Origin: Trichoplax adhaerens
Taxonomy: Eukaryota > Animalia > Placozoa
DNA length: 64,000 nt
Direction: 5' to 3'
NCBI RefSeq assembly: GCF_000150275.1
Contig: NW_002060965.1
Span: forward strand, 372,001-436,000
The position numbers were made by a program, and so were the translations under genes. Below, piece by piece: positions 38,601 to 51,545 of the stretch. Position 1 is the first letter of the stretch, and the number at the start of each line of letters is the position of its first letter. The notes under the pieces are model-generated. The model worked only from the letters and a program-made list of their open reading frames with translations, was not told the origin of the DNA and did not search any database.

Positions 38601-41600
38601 AAAACTAATTAAAGTACAACACTATTGCTTTGTGAAACGGAATTCTGCTGCAACGGTTAACCAAACTTGAACTAATATTTCTTTGATCACATCATGGTTG
38701 CCATCCATTTATTTCATTCTTTTACCATTCTGCATAAGATTATCATTAACGTTCGACTAATTTGGCTATCTACAACTTGCAAGAACCGGTGGGATATCAA
38801 GCATGGCAACCCATTTGGCCAAGATCAACATGCAAGAACATGTTCAATATCAAAAATTATTTTTAGCTGCCCCCTCCCTTTTTTGACTGATCTTTTCATT
38901 TTGTGCTTAGAATATGTTCAACATATGCAAAAATACGCAATAACTACAGCCACTGGCTATAATGTGTACCGGCATCGATAGCAAGACGGTACCATTTACA
39001 TACTGCAGGCATACTTGCAGAGAAAAGATGCCCAATTTTTTTTTCATCAAGCAGAGCAGCTATGAGTCACAGAAATAGATAGGATAGTTTTCGCTGGTTA
39101 TAGCAAGAAGAACGACAATTCGTCGTATCGACAGAGGAGAATGGAATTAATTCATCGATCGTTACCAAAGGTCTATAAATACTTCCATCAACGCCTATTC
39201 GTTGATGGATTCGTTGAAATTGAACATCTTGAACTGGGTGTCGTGTAGAAAATAAAAAATTATTGATATTTTAATAAACTAATTCGTGACATAGTACATG
39301 CAAATATGATTAAAAATCATGGATTAACAAGCTTACGTCTAGTCTTTTAGCAACTTGTATATGTCAATAGGTTAAAAAAGTAACTGAGTACAGTATATAT
39401 AAACTGTTCCATATTTAACAGCACGATCTTATTAGTTTACAGCAAGCAATATTGCTTTTTAAGAACACGGAAATAGTAAACACATTAATATTCGGAAACG
39501 ATTTGAGGATAAGCAGATTATGAAATACTTGGATTCATGTCTATACCGCATAGAACATATGATAACTATCCATTGGTATTGAAAATTAGTCGAAATGAAT
39601 GATAGCAGCAAGCTTGTTAATGACTCAATTGACTTTTATTGTAAATTTTTATCAGTTATTTTTAATAGAAAAGTACACAAGTAGAAGATTTACTGCACAA
39701 AGTTCACGTTGTCATCATTACTTGGATGATTAAAAAGTACGGGCAATAAAAGCTTTGCTAAGCAAATAAAGAAAAAAATTGCATATCCATATTGAAGGAG
39801 CATTTCCTAAACGTGGATAGAGTAACAAACTGCTATTCCATTGATAGTAATTTTGCTATTTATTGACTTTAGTGCTTTTTCTTAACCATTTACAACCCTA
39901 TTTATGCAACCAATTGAATTATAAATGAGTAGAGTAAGAGAATTGCAACATTTGATGCGATGGGAGCCAATAAAGGATCAATGAAAAAAAATTGATAGCA
40001 AGCCTAATGGCCTTGAATAAGACTTACGTGCCAAGCAATGATTGGTACTAGAATATTGTGCTAAATTAGCATTCCTACAAATGAATGAAATAGCATAGAG
40101 CAGACTGGATTTAATAACTATGCCGAGTAGATTGCCAATTTATCACTGTAAAACTTCCTCTAATGAACGAGAGATCGTTCAAAGCAAATGATACAAACAT
40201 AATACATGATATCGAGAATTTGGAAACTTTTTTTACTTCTTAAGATATAAGCGTATGTTTGGATATATCGCCTGAATTTGGATTAGTGAGCATAGAAGAA
40301 AATAGCGTCAATTGACTAAAATAGGACGCGTTCCATTTCTTTCTTGTTGTGAAGATAAATAAATTAATTATTATTTGCATAGATTGGTAATCCATTTTTA
40401 TATCTACCCAGGTGGGGATCCCAAAATGGAGCGCAAGCTAGAGTAAACTAGCGGCTATGTGCTTGTATTCATTTGCTACTATATGTATGAGTTCAAATTT
40501 TCGAGTTGTTATTCCTCTCGACAGTGCATCAAGGTATTGGATTACACGCAGTTCATACATGATGAACAGCTTTATATCTATAGAGGATAACCTTAGATAG
40601 TAATACTCAACTGATTTTGATCATGCCCATTCTGCAATCATTGCATAATCCTTTGCTATGGACAGATTATCGAGGTCATTTATACTATAATGGCAAATCC
40701 TTACTATATTCGTTAACATAGGTCTTACAGCAATTATAATTTTATCAATAAGCATGTTAGGGCCATCCGTTGACAGAAGATTTTCATACTGACAATATGG
40801 TCTTGATTGATTTCTGCTGCAATCATTGGATATGCTAAGGGACCCTACCAACCCTTCAGAAAAATGCACTACCATACTGTAATAGTAACTAAGGGAGGAG
40901 TTGATTTTAAGAGCCTGCAATGCACACCACTCTAATACATCGTTCCAATTTTTCGTTAATCCATCCAAGATATCGATGCAGTAGAAATACGTCCTATACC
41001 TTTAGATGGAGTGATAAATTTTATTAGTAGTAGTCTACATAGAGTACACTTCTTGTATGATATCGCAACCTGTCAAATAGCGTAGAATCATGTCTTACGA
41101 CATCATTCATCAACTTAAGGTTAAATTCTATCATGCAAATGTGTCTGTATCTCATCTATAACTACCAATACTCTTTCTACTACATTTTATGACCTCTAGT
41201 ACATTGCACGAGTACTCGTATGCTAGTAAAGATCATTAGCAGTTGATATTGCAGATTATCAAAGTATTTATCAATATTCAGCATGGTATTGACATTCAGT
41301 TATAGGAAAGAATCAATAATTAATTTTATTGTCGAGCAATATTACTTTTTCACTTTTACAGCATTATTTTTAGATTTTTTCTTGAATTTCACTTTAAAAC
41401 TATGTTGATAATTAAAATTTAATGCAATTTCTTTTACTTAATTCCATTATATACGTACACAAGATCAGCATGAGGAGAATAGTTTATTTATTGAATTAAC
41501 TATAATCTTTCTCCTATTTTAAATACTTTGATATCTTTTCCTCAACATCTACAGCAGAATGGAGCATACATTAGTTTACACAAACAAAATCATTGTAGCC

Positions 41601-42479
41601 ATCCTATTCCGGTGTCTAAGGCTGCAAATATTGATGATTAATATCAGTAATGAAATGAATTACTGGACCATAATACTGCACAGAAGCATATGATTTGTAT
41701 TAGAGCAAAGGACACTAGTAATCGCAATAATTACTCTTTGGCCATGATGGGCTATATTGAATAATTTATTTATTTAATACTAATCTACATGCTCTATCTG
41801 ATGGTCACGACATGAAACCAGATTGGGCTTTACAATCCTCGGATAGTACACGTTAAAACTATTCAGCTAAAAAAATCTCATCTTATCAGTATATTCCTAT
41901 TTTAGTAATAAAAATAATGTGAAAAGTAACTTTACATCACAATTTAGCATAAGATTAGTTTAAGACTGTATGAATAAGATCTTCAAGACTGGACTATATC
42001 TTTAGCCCTAAATCATGTAACTGAATGGTAATACTGATCCATCATAGTAAAATTATAAATCAGCCTCTTTACCATTAAGACTGCTGTAATTTCAACACTA
42101 GTCTACTCATGATCTAATATCCTCACGTAGGCAATTATTAGTCAAATTTTAAAGAGGCCCATCATGACAACGATTGCTAAGAGCAGTTGGTCCCATCGGC
42201 TAACCTTATACAATACGGTACAGTCATTTTCCCGTGGTACTTATGACAGTTAAAGTATTACCTTTGAACCTAGTCCAGCTTGATCTCATGACTCTTATGT
42301 TTGCTAATTAAAAAAATCATAATGAAATTAAATTCTTTAACCTTTATAGCGGCTTTAAAATCACATCTTATGCCATGATAATGAGAACTTGTTCGGTCAT
42401 GCTTCCAAATATTGACTAACATTATGGTTTTATCACTGTTGAATGCGCGTATATGCTGTAATTAATTGCAGCGACATCA

Positions 42480-43110
42480 ATTGATATTCTGATATTCTGT
42501 GCTACATTGTCAGTATGATATGTAGAATAATTTATAGACAACATGATATCATGAAAATAGCATAACACTAGTTTTTCCAACATCCAGGACTGTTAATGGA
42601 ATATTTGTCACAATGAATGATTATAAAATCAATTCATATTTTGGTCTCGTGTGCTATGCTGCCTGTATAGTGTGCAAAATAATTTACAAGCAAATATGAA
42701 ATGATGAAAATAGTATAACACTAGTTTCCTTAACATCCATGACTGTTAAAAGAATATCTGCCAAATCGTAATGTAATTAATCTATATTTTGATATTGTGT
42801 ACTATGATGATAATATTTAAAAATAGTTTATAAAGCAACAAATATAATTAGATTTAAACGAATAAAGACACCCTTTAAAATTCAATTTCTGACGTTCTTT
42901 ACTCCAAATACGATAGTATCATGAATATACAGTAATGTGACAATAGTTTTTTCTACCATCTATGACCATTTATCAAATATCGACCACAACGCCATCAATT
43001 CCTATTTTGGTACAGTATACGCGTACTATGATACTTGTATATTTAGTACGAGTATACAGAATAATTTATAACCAATGTAAAATCATGATAGTAGTGTAAC
43101 ATTAACCTTC
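42480..43110. repeat. Diverged tandem array, ~150-200 bp unit, ~4 copies
   Basis: atgaaaatag.ataacactagttt-like anchors at ~42551, ~42704, ~42921 and ~43084. Confidence 0.7.
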
Positions 43111-46100
43111 TGATATATATGGCTGCTTTAGAGGTTACGGCTAATAGAAAAATTGCAGTAATAAAATGAACAATTATCTACCAGTGCGAGCACTCCAGAA
43201 GTTTTCACTTGCATTGTCATGATATTATTATAGTATTTTACTGTATTTTTTTTCTACTACAGCAACGATGTTCTATTCTAGTCGATAATTTACTATTTTC
43301 GGCAAAGAATTCTTTATTAATGCCATCAATCGGCAAGCCTTGACTTTATACAATACTATATAACGTCTACGATCCGATAGCCATAAATAGCACAATCAAT
43401 CGCTTTTCTCTAAAGCATAAACGAGAGGCCTTTATTTCTAGTATCAATAAATATTTTAAATACTGTAATTTGTGATCTAAAATGCATCGTATGTGGCCTT
43501 GACCACATCAGCAAGTAAAATTTTAACGGCAACGATGAGGCTAAAATAACGTCCCCTGCTTATGGTTTGGTCAATGCGGTTGCAGGCAATAATTAATTTC
43601 TATTTCGTGACTAATCGACGATAATATAACCGTTTGGGATATTTATAATATGGCCCAGTGTGTACATAATATACAAAATTATCATGACATGCCTCCAGTA
43701 TCAGTCTACAGCAAAGATTTCTACATTACTTTAGTCGTCAGGTCCATAATACGAATATTATGTATGATTTACTTAATATTTTAGATAGCAGTCATTCAAT
43801 TTACAGCTTTCTTTCGGGACGACAGAATGATTCTATCTTAAAGTGATTAAAATAAAATCTGCATATGAATCTATGGCATAGACTAAATAAATGCCTGTTT
43901 ATTGAATGTAGAAGCTCTTTCGAGTGTACTAGATAGAATCCATGTGGAGTTATCTGTCACGAAACGCCAGCTGCAATCTGTCATGAAGTTTAATGACAAG
44001 ATGCAACTCATTTTCCATCCATTGAATACCATAAAGAATAATTTAAAAGTATTAAAATAGCATATGCATATTATGTCTATGAATTATAATAGCATCAGAA
44101 GGCTTTATAAAAGAATAATTAATGAATATATTACTTTATCGACTATTTTCCATCCTTTGGTGGCTAATGTTATGCCTCATGCGTGATAAAATAATAAATT
44201 TTTGTCCAGGGTCTCAGATACTTTTAGCGTTAGTTATTATTGAGTGGAAAGTAGAAAAGGTGGCTAGATTGAATAACTAATTAATTGGACTCTTTAAAAT
44301 TCCAAAGGCAGACAATAAAGATATATTCAATTCATAGACTATAGTTCTAGTTTGCTCCAATAACCATTTGACCATAGTAATACTGTAACAAAGACATATT
44401 CCTATATCACGCCTGGAGGAAGTTCCATTAAAATTTCAATCTTTTCTACTTATCTTGCGTAATTTCATATGCAAAGAGAATAAAATAATTTTGTAATTAA
44501 TAAATCATTGTGCACGATAAAATAACCACTAAAGTACTATTACTGGATTGAACTACGTTGCTATGAACTACCCTCATTCGATACAGTCATGCTTTGAAAG
44601 AGGAAAAGGAAAGAAGTGATAGAATAAAAGTACTCATTTACAATACGAATGTATAGATCGATAGCTTACATTATCGATGACGACGTGATTGATGTCTGTC
44701 CTGGAATCCTTGAGTAAACTACAAAGTATGCATAAACTTACATTTAATCAAGTCAAACAAACAAGATATTTTTTAATATGCAGTATTTATCGCATAACAT
44801 AATTAGTATTGTTCTTCTTTTATACAATAGAATGAGAGACAGTTTGTAAGAATGAACGAAAGATGGCCAATGTAATCAAAAAAGAATATGGTAATTACAA
44901 ATTAAGGATAAATTGTAGCCATGCGTGCCATCCAAACTATGGACATACATTAAATGAAGTAACCGAGAGAGAAAAAAAGGATTCAACCCCAGTTAACACT
45001 ATTATACTGTGGCTTATTTTTAGTATGTCGATATTGTAGAAGTATGCTGTAGTCCAAAAGAGAGGCATAAGAGAATTGAAATTAATTTTTGTCTTCATGA
45101 CCTCAATAAACTATAGAATAGCGATGTTATTCTACTCTTCATACACCTTCAAAGAATTTGAGATAAACAGCCATTTCTATTCAGTTTTGACTCATTCTAC
45201 AGTAGTGTCATCAAAGAGGCCTGACCAACGATGCTAACGGCTATATTGCATGCCATTAATTTGATCCTCTAGCTCTACCTTCATGCATTAATGGCCACCA
45301 CTCCTGTATGAAAGACTATAATAAATACTGTATTAATGCGGTAAGCATCAGAAGAGATTGACAAATTCAACTCGTCATTCATATCTTCAATTGATTGATT
45401 ATATTATCATTATCCAATTTGACAAGGGAAAAATTGAAAACAGTATCGTAATCCTATTGTTTATTCACCATTACCCAGGCCGAAATTATTGTCATGTTAA
45501 ATCTATTCAATTTGCCATAAGTGATGATAAATTGTTAAATTGATGGCCTGACTCCTTGACGCATGTAAATTGATACTGCTTGCCATCTAATTGGAAGATT
45601 GATTGCTTTATTTTTAAATTTAATATCTTCAATTAACACATAAGCTAATGAATGGCAACGGCTAAACTGTTGCTATGTTTAGGCCTCGATATTAGCAACG
45701 CGTTGAATGTATGTATGTCGATCTTATAGGAATGATGGATTTTGATTTTTTTTGATTTTTTTGATTAATAGAATGTGGTAGAAGAGTATAGCTTAAATAC
45801 TTGATCAATCGATATTGCTTTACTGGTTACTACGATTGTATTCGCCATGGATTAAAAATAGAATCAATTAACAAAATTGTCTGTCTATTGTCTGCTCAAA
45901 ATTGCCAACCTAAACAATCAATCACGTCCAGAGAATCTAAAATTAGTCATCAGGAATCCATAATTGCACGCTTATTTTCTCTTCATATGCATGCGTATGT
46001 ATAACTTTATTCATAGCGGTATACAGTAGGATTGCTTTGCGCTGCGATGATAGTGATTGGGCCCATACGTAGAAGACTTTTTGACGTGATGATTTACTTT

Positions 46101-46271
46101 CAGAAGTCGTGATCACTTTTCAATGTCCGCCATTTGTTATTTACTTAGTTCTTCCGTCGTATCTTATCCTATTAAATTTCTAGTTCCAATTTGGATAAAA
46201 TATCGACCTATCTAACTGTCTTTACTGTCTGACCATATGGATAACATTACTACGATTCTGTAGGCGTAGCT

Positions 46272-46293
46272 GTTGTTGTTGTTGTTGTTGTTG
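46272..46293. repeat. (GTT)n microsatellite
   Basis: gttgttgttgttgttgttgttg. Confidence 0.85.
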
Positions 46294-47357
46294 CTGTTAC
46301 ATTATTGATTATGTCGCAGCAATGCTTGAACACAGCAAATTGTAACGAATTTAAGTTTTCCATCTATGGTTACTATCGATGGACCTTATGCTGTATGAGT
46401 AAATCAGTGAAAGATTCATCATGTATATTTTACTATGCGCTCATATCTCAATGGATCCTCTTTAATGGGATAATACAGCATCGTAGGCTATGATCGTATT
46501 TTATCAATTTTATCATTATTATAAGTATGAGTGATGATAATGATGATGAATTGAAGACAACTGTTCGTCCTACGGACATGGAGGAAAGACTTCCCATCAC
46601 GTTAGGGGGTATTAAAGAAAATCATTGTAGATTTACTTAAAAATATTTATCCTTACTGTAAGGATAAAATCCCTTGTATAGGGTGTTCTTCCCATCTGTC
46701 GACCATGTATTCAACAACAACCATTTAGCGATTGATTGTTAACAGATTGAGATGATAACCAACCACGCGTTGAGGCACGCGATTTAATCGACAGTAAGAG
46801 CTAATACTATTAGCCTATTACTCATTTACTTTTTATTACAGCGATGGTTAAAATATTCATCGACTTGAACTATTTCTCCATACGTAGAATTGCCGTTGTC
46901 ACAACATTAAATTAATTCAAGCACTTGGCAATTACTGTACCAGTATACGCGTATACTGTACTGTAGTTTAAGTTATAAAAGTAATGATCGAAATTGAATT
47001 GCCTACGCTTTCCGATCAATTCCAGTTTAAGCCAAAGATAACTACAATATTATTATTTTTTATTAGATCAATACTGCTGAGTGGTAATTTTAAAATAGTC
47101 TATCCCATTCTACTTGCCATCGTGTATTGAGATAGATTAATTTTATTTTATGACAGTGCGTAGTGTAAAGTTCAGCTTTATTGTTTGTATAATGTGGAAA
47201 AAAATTGATTTTAAAGCATTGCTACTGTATGGAATAGAATATAGCATATAAAATTATCTTAAATTCTAATAAACAATAGTCATTTTCTTCATTGAACTAA
47301 GTTGAATGAATGATAATCGTAGAAAGAGTGTACCTGGAAAACAATGAAGAACTGAAT

Positions 47358-47402
47358 AATGATGATGATGATGATGATGATGAGGATATTGATGATGATG
47401 AT
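47358..47402. repeat. (GAT)n microsatellite
   Basis: Interrupted gatgatgat run. Confidence 0.85.
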
Positions 47403-49639
47403 AGTAGGACTGATTGATGATCGATACTTATGACAGTCAATAATTCAAAAAATGGAACCATTTTCGATTTAGTAGGTTATCAATATCGGGCGTAATGGAT
47501 CGATAGCTACTCTATTAAATAGATGTATTCTAGTAATTCGGTTAGGTCAAGTCAAAAGGTGAATGCCATAGCCAAATTGTAGGCGACAGTAAGGTGGGGA
47601 TTTCTATAAACACTAGATAAAAAAAATGAATATTCTATTGAACAATACTAGCAGTTCAACATTGTTTGTAAAGTATCAAAGCTGACTACAGAGAAATCAA
47701 ACATAAGGTGGAGAGAAATTAAAACATAAAGTCCAATTTGATAAAAATTATAATTCAATTGTTGATTCATCTGTCGCTATAGGCAAATTGCCCTTTTTAT
47801 GATGATAGTTTATGCATAATCATTTGTTATAGGAAGAATTTATTCTTGCATAATCGATAATCAATTAATAGCAGCTAATTTATTTGATGGCTAAATGATG
47901 TTGACTTATGCTCGTCCTTATGTTAAACTGATTGCGAAAAACAAGAAAAAAAAATTGCATCACTTGAAATCAAGATACCCCATACTTATAGGCATGCAAA
48001 TTTTTTCAAAGGATATCACTCTAGAGAAGAGTTGAAATTCGGAGCATTTTTATTGCTTCACGCGTTGTCTACTACGATCTGGTATGCATCATAAGAAACG
48101 ATTTTGACAGTGGGAAGGGAAACTCTCCTCTAGCGTTGCCAAGATGTCTTGTCTTTAAATGAATAGTATTGTACTAACTGCGGATAAAAAAAAACAACTA
48201 TATCAATAAGTTACTTTAACACAGAGGTAGTGTACAGTAGTTGATTGTATCAACATCAGGAACGAAGACGATAAGACTTTACCAAAGTCGATCACATCCT
48301 ATATGATAGCTCGAGCAGAACTGGATTGATGATCTTATTTTAAATTAATATATTCTAGTCATTCGATCATATGTCAGTTATAAAAGATTGTTGATTATTG
48401 TTTACTATCCAGTTAGGAAGTGAGGTAAATAAAACAGTCAAATCAGTATTATGTAATAAAGTCATTGAAGTACATGAATAGTGATACAAGCTTGGATGGC
48501 TGTATTGTTATTTCTTACTAACACCTTATCACGACAAGATGATACACGGGAAACAATTCTTTTTTTTTTAACCACCCCTTCTGCTACTTTATTCAATCGG
48601 ATAAAGAACAGTTGACTGGCTGTCTTTCTTGCGATCTTGAATAGCAATGAGAAATTAAATCATGCAAATGCTTATCATAACAGTGAAATGATGGACAAGA
48701 GCGAAGAATAACCTATTGTTATGTTGATAATCTGCGATAGTAAAATGCTGTTGTGATTAGGACAACTCCTTGACAGTTGTTGCTATTGAACTTCTCGAAT
48801 ATTTTCATTGCATCATTTCTCATTATTTTTTCTCCCTCCCTTTAGCTTATTTTTATTTTTTTTCCTTTTGTAACAATCAATGTATAACCCACTGCACGTC
48901 TTGATAGAAGTTCAACTAGTTCAGGCACTTTGCAAATTTCACAGCAGTCATCTCGTTCCTCACTCATCAGTCAATCCCTAGGACCAATTCGCTGACTATA
49001 TCCAATAAAATTGAGCAGCATTGTACCGTGGCTATTTCGATTCTACTTGAACTTCTTTTTATTCTCACTTTCTCTCTTTGTACAGTAAAATGACAAGGTC
49101 ATGAGTTAAGCGTTCCTCATTCTAACTTTCATCAAGAATATCACACTAGAGGCATGAAATAAATGATAGAGCAGTGACTGATAAATGGTTCAGATCGGAA
49201 AATAAATTGGCTTGTCAACAATGGAAATGTTTATTTACGGACGTTGCTTACATTACTCTACCTGTTAACAGTCAGTCTGCTGCTATGCTTGGTGCTGATG
49301 CTTGTGCTAAGGTAGTACAGTCCAGTGAGTGATTTGTCAAGCTAGCTATCAAAGTATTGTCCACTATCCTACTGCCATCATTTCCATGATAGAAGATTGT
49401 GTTTACATTGCTTTGCTGAATGACTCATAACCTAGTCCGAAAAGTGTGATGAAATTCACAAATCGTAGCACATCTAAGTTGCTATTCTATAACACAGATT
49501 GGAATTAGTCAATTTGTTTTAAGGCAATGACAAAATACCGCTTTCTCCTTATCGTAATCGTCATAGCAGACTACCAAAACGACATTTAAAATGGGTGGTA
49601 GTCGATTTTACGCGAGATGGCAACTATGCATCACGCATG

Positions 49640-51545
49640 GGCTACTACAGTGTGCAGTACAGTACAGTACATTGCTGTGGTGTACTGTACTGTACTGTAC
49701 TGTCAACTTTTTGTCGTTTTTTATTACCTTGATGAACAGTACAGTACAGTACAGTACTGTACTCGGCCATACTGTATCTCATACAAGATAACAATGCCTT
49801 CAAACTTCCGCCAAATTCGGAGTTCCGAAAAATCCAGATACCCGAAACTACCGTAATTCCGGATAGCACTGCATTGTTCTGTAGAGGTTGAAAACGTTGA
49901 CGCCATTTACGGTATACAGTACAGCAAAATTGATTTTTTCGTATTTTGAGGGGGGGAGGGTAGTAGGCTAGTAGCACTCATCGACGTACCATCAACAAAG
50001 CACGCGAAAAAGAAATATTTCAAGAAAATAAATGTGGCAATTCTATAATTTAGTGAAGCGACTATAACTTTGGTACTCTACTGTTCAATTTTTGATTTTA
50101 TAGTGTGCACTAGACGATAGCCAAGTGTACAGTATTCTGACAATATATTGTACAGTATCGCATAATATACCGTTGAAGTACGAAGATACGGATGCTGTAA
50201 AGTACCGTGTATGACTGATGACATCATGGTCTACCAAAGACACGAGGATGAAATGAAGAATCTCGAGCTCCTACCACAGTACTACTGTATACTGCGTAAC
50301 ATCCAATGACGCGATACCGAGCTAGTTTTGCTCCTTTGACGAAATTTGCAATTTGAAAGATTCCAATTTCAATACACGTCTATGACGCCGATGCTGACCC
50401 ACTTTTGGGGCATACCACTGCATTACTGGCTTACTGTTACTATGTTGCAAGTATTGAACAGGACGAGATCCTATCAATTTTCCAGTAGCGAATGGAATGT
50501 GTACGTCTATAGTAGAACAATTTCCAACAAGATTTATCCTTAGTTTGGAGATGCGTTTAGTCCTTGATTACAAAGGATCATTAATTAAATTAATTTTTCG
50601 ACTGTAATAACGTCGAGACCTACAGTACTTGTACTGTATGTCAAAGATTGCTAGCCAATGGTTGTACTGTATGCAAACATTGATGAGCAGTACTGTACAG
50701 TGTACAGTATGTAACATTGTTGTTGACGTCCAATACTGTACTGTACAGTACTGTACTGTACAGTACTGTCCAGAATGAGATCGTACTGTACACTGTAGAG
50801 TACACTACTAAGCACTGTAAATCAAAGTGAAATAACAAAGGCCTGAGAACATGAGATTGTCAGTCAAGACCATCGTTAAGACAATGAAATAATCCGATAG
50901 TCTCTGCCATTCAACCTCTTATTACATACTGTACAGGACTACGTCCAGTCGGCCTCACTAATTGAATCCATAAAACGAGTGAAAATAGGAGCCTCAGATT
51001 GTAGTAGACTGACTTCCATTTCACGGAAAGTGTACTGAAAGTTGTCGGATCGACCGACAGTAGATTCCATCATGAAACTAGCGACAATCCGGATTGTCGC
51101 CAAAATGATGCAGGTGTCGATAGATCGTGGCTTGGTGAGATCACGCTTGCCTGCGACGCGACGTGCTACGTACAGTACATACAGTACTGTACAGCGTGTG
51201 TGGAAAGTCATTGGATATTTCAAAGTGTAATATCAGGATATTTTCCAATCATTTTCCACACATTTTTAGTGTAATCGTATAGAGTAAAGCTTTTCATTTT
51301 TCATGGTAATAGCTGTCATAACCATACCCTTACCAAAAAGACGCTAAGATAAATTGTACACTAGCACCGTACCCTTGCAGAAGATTGACAGGTGAATAAC
51401 GGTACAGTACGGTACTGTACTTCCTACGATGCTGACGGTACAATACGGCGTACTGTAGATTGCTTACAGTACAGTACAGTGTACAGTACAGTACAGTACT
51501 GTAGCAAACGCTGCACTGTACACAGACTGTGCGGTTCAGTACTAT
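49640..51545. repeat. Island of mixed-orientation TA(CAG/CTG/CAGTG)TA runs; possible promoter region
   Basis: Clusters at ~49640-49760, 50620-50810, 51170-51195 and 51400-51525, within locally GC- and CpG-richer sequence. Confidence 0.8.

Noticed and set aside
39070-39250. Short coding-looking frame (..YSKKNDNSSYRQRRMELIHRSLPKVYKYFHQRLFVDGFVEIEHLELGVV*)
   Set aside because: No homology recognised and no partner exons could be linked.
49591-51230. Overlapping ORFs rich in YSTV/YCTV (also 62625-63938)
   Set aside because: Artefacts of CAGTA/CTGTA repeats, which lack stop codons in several frames.
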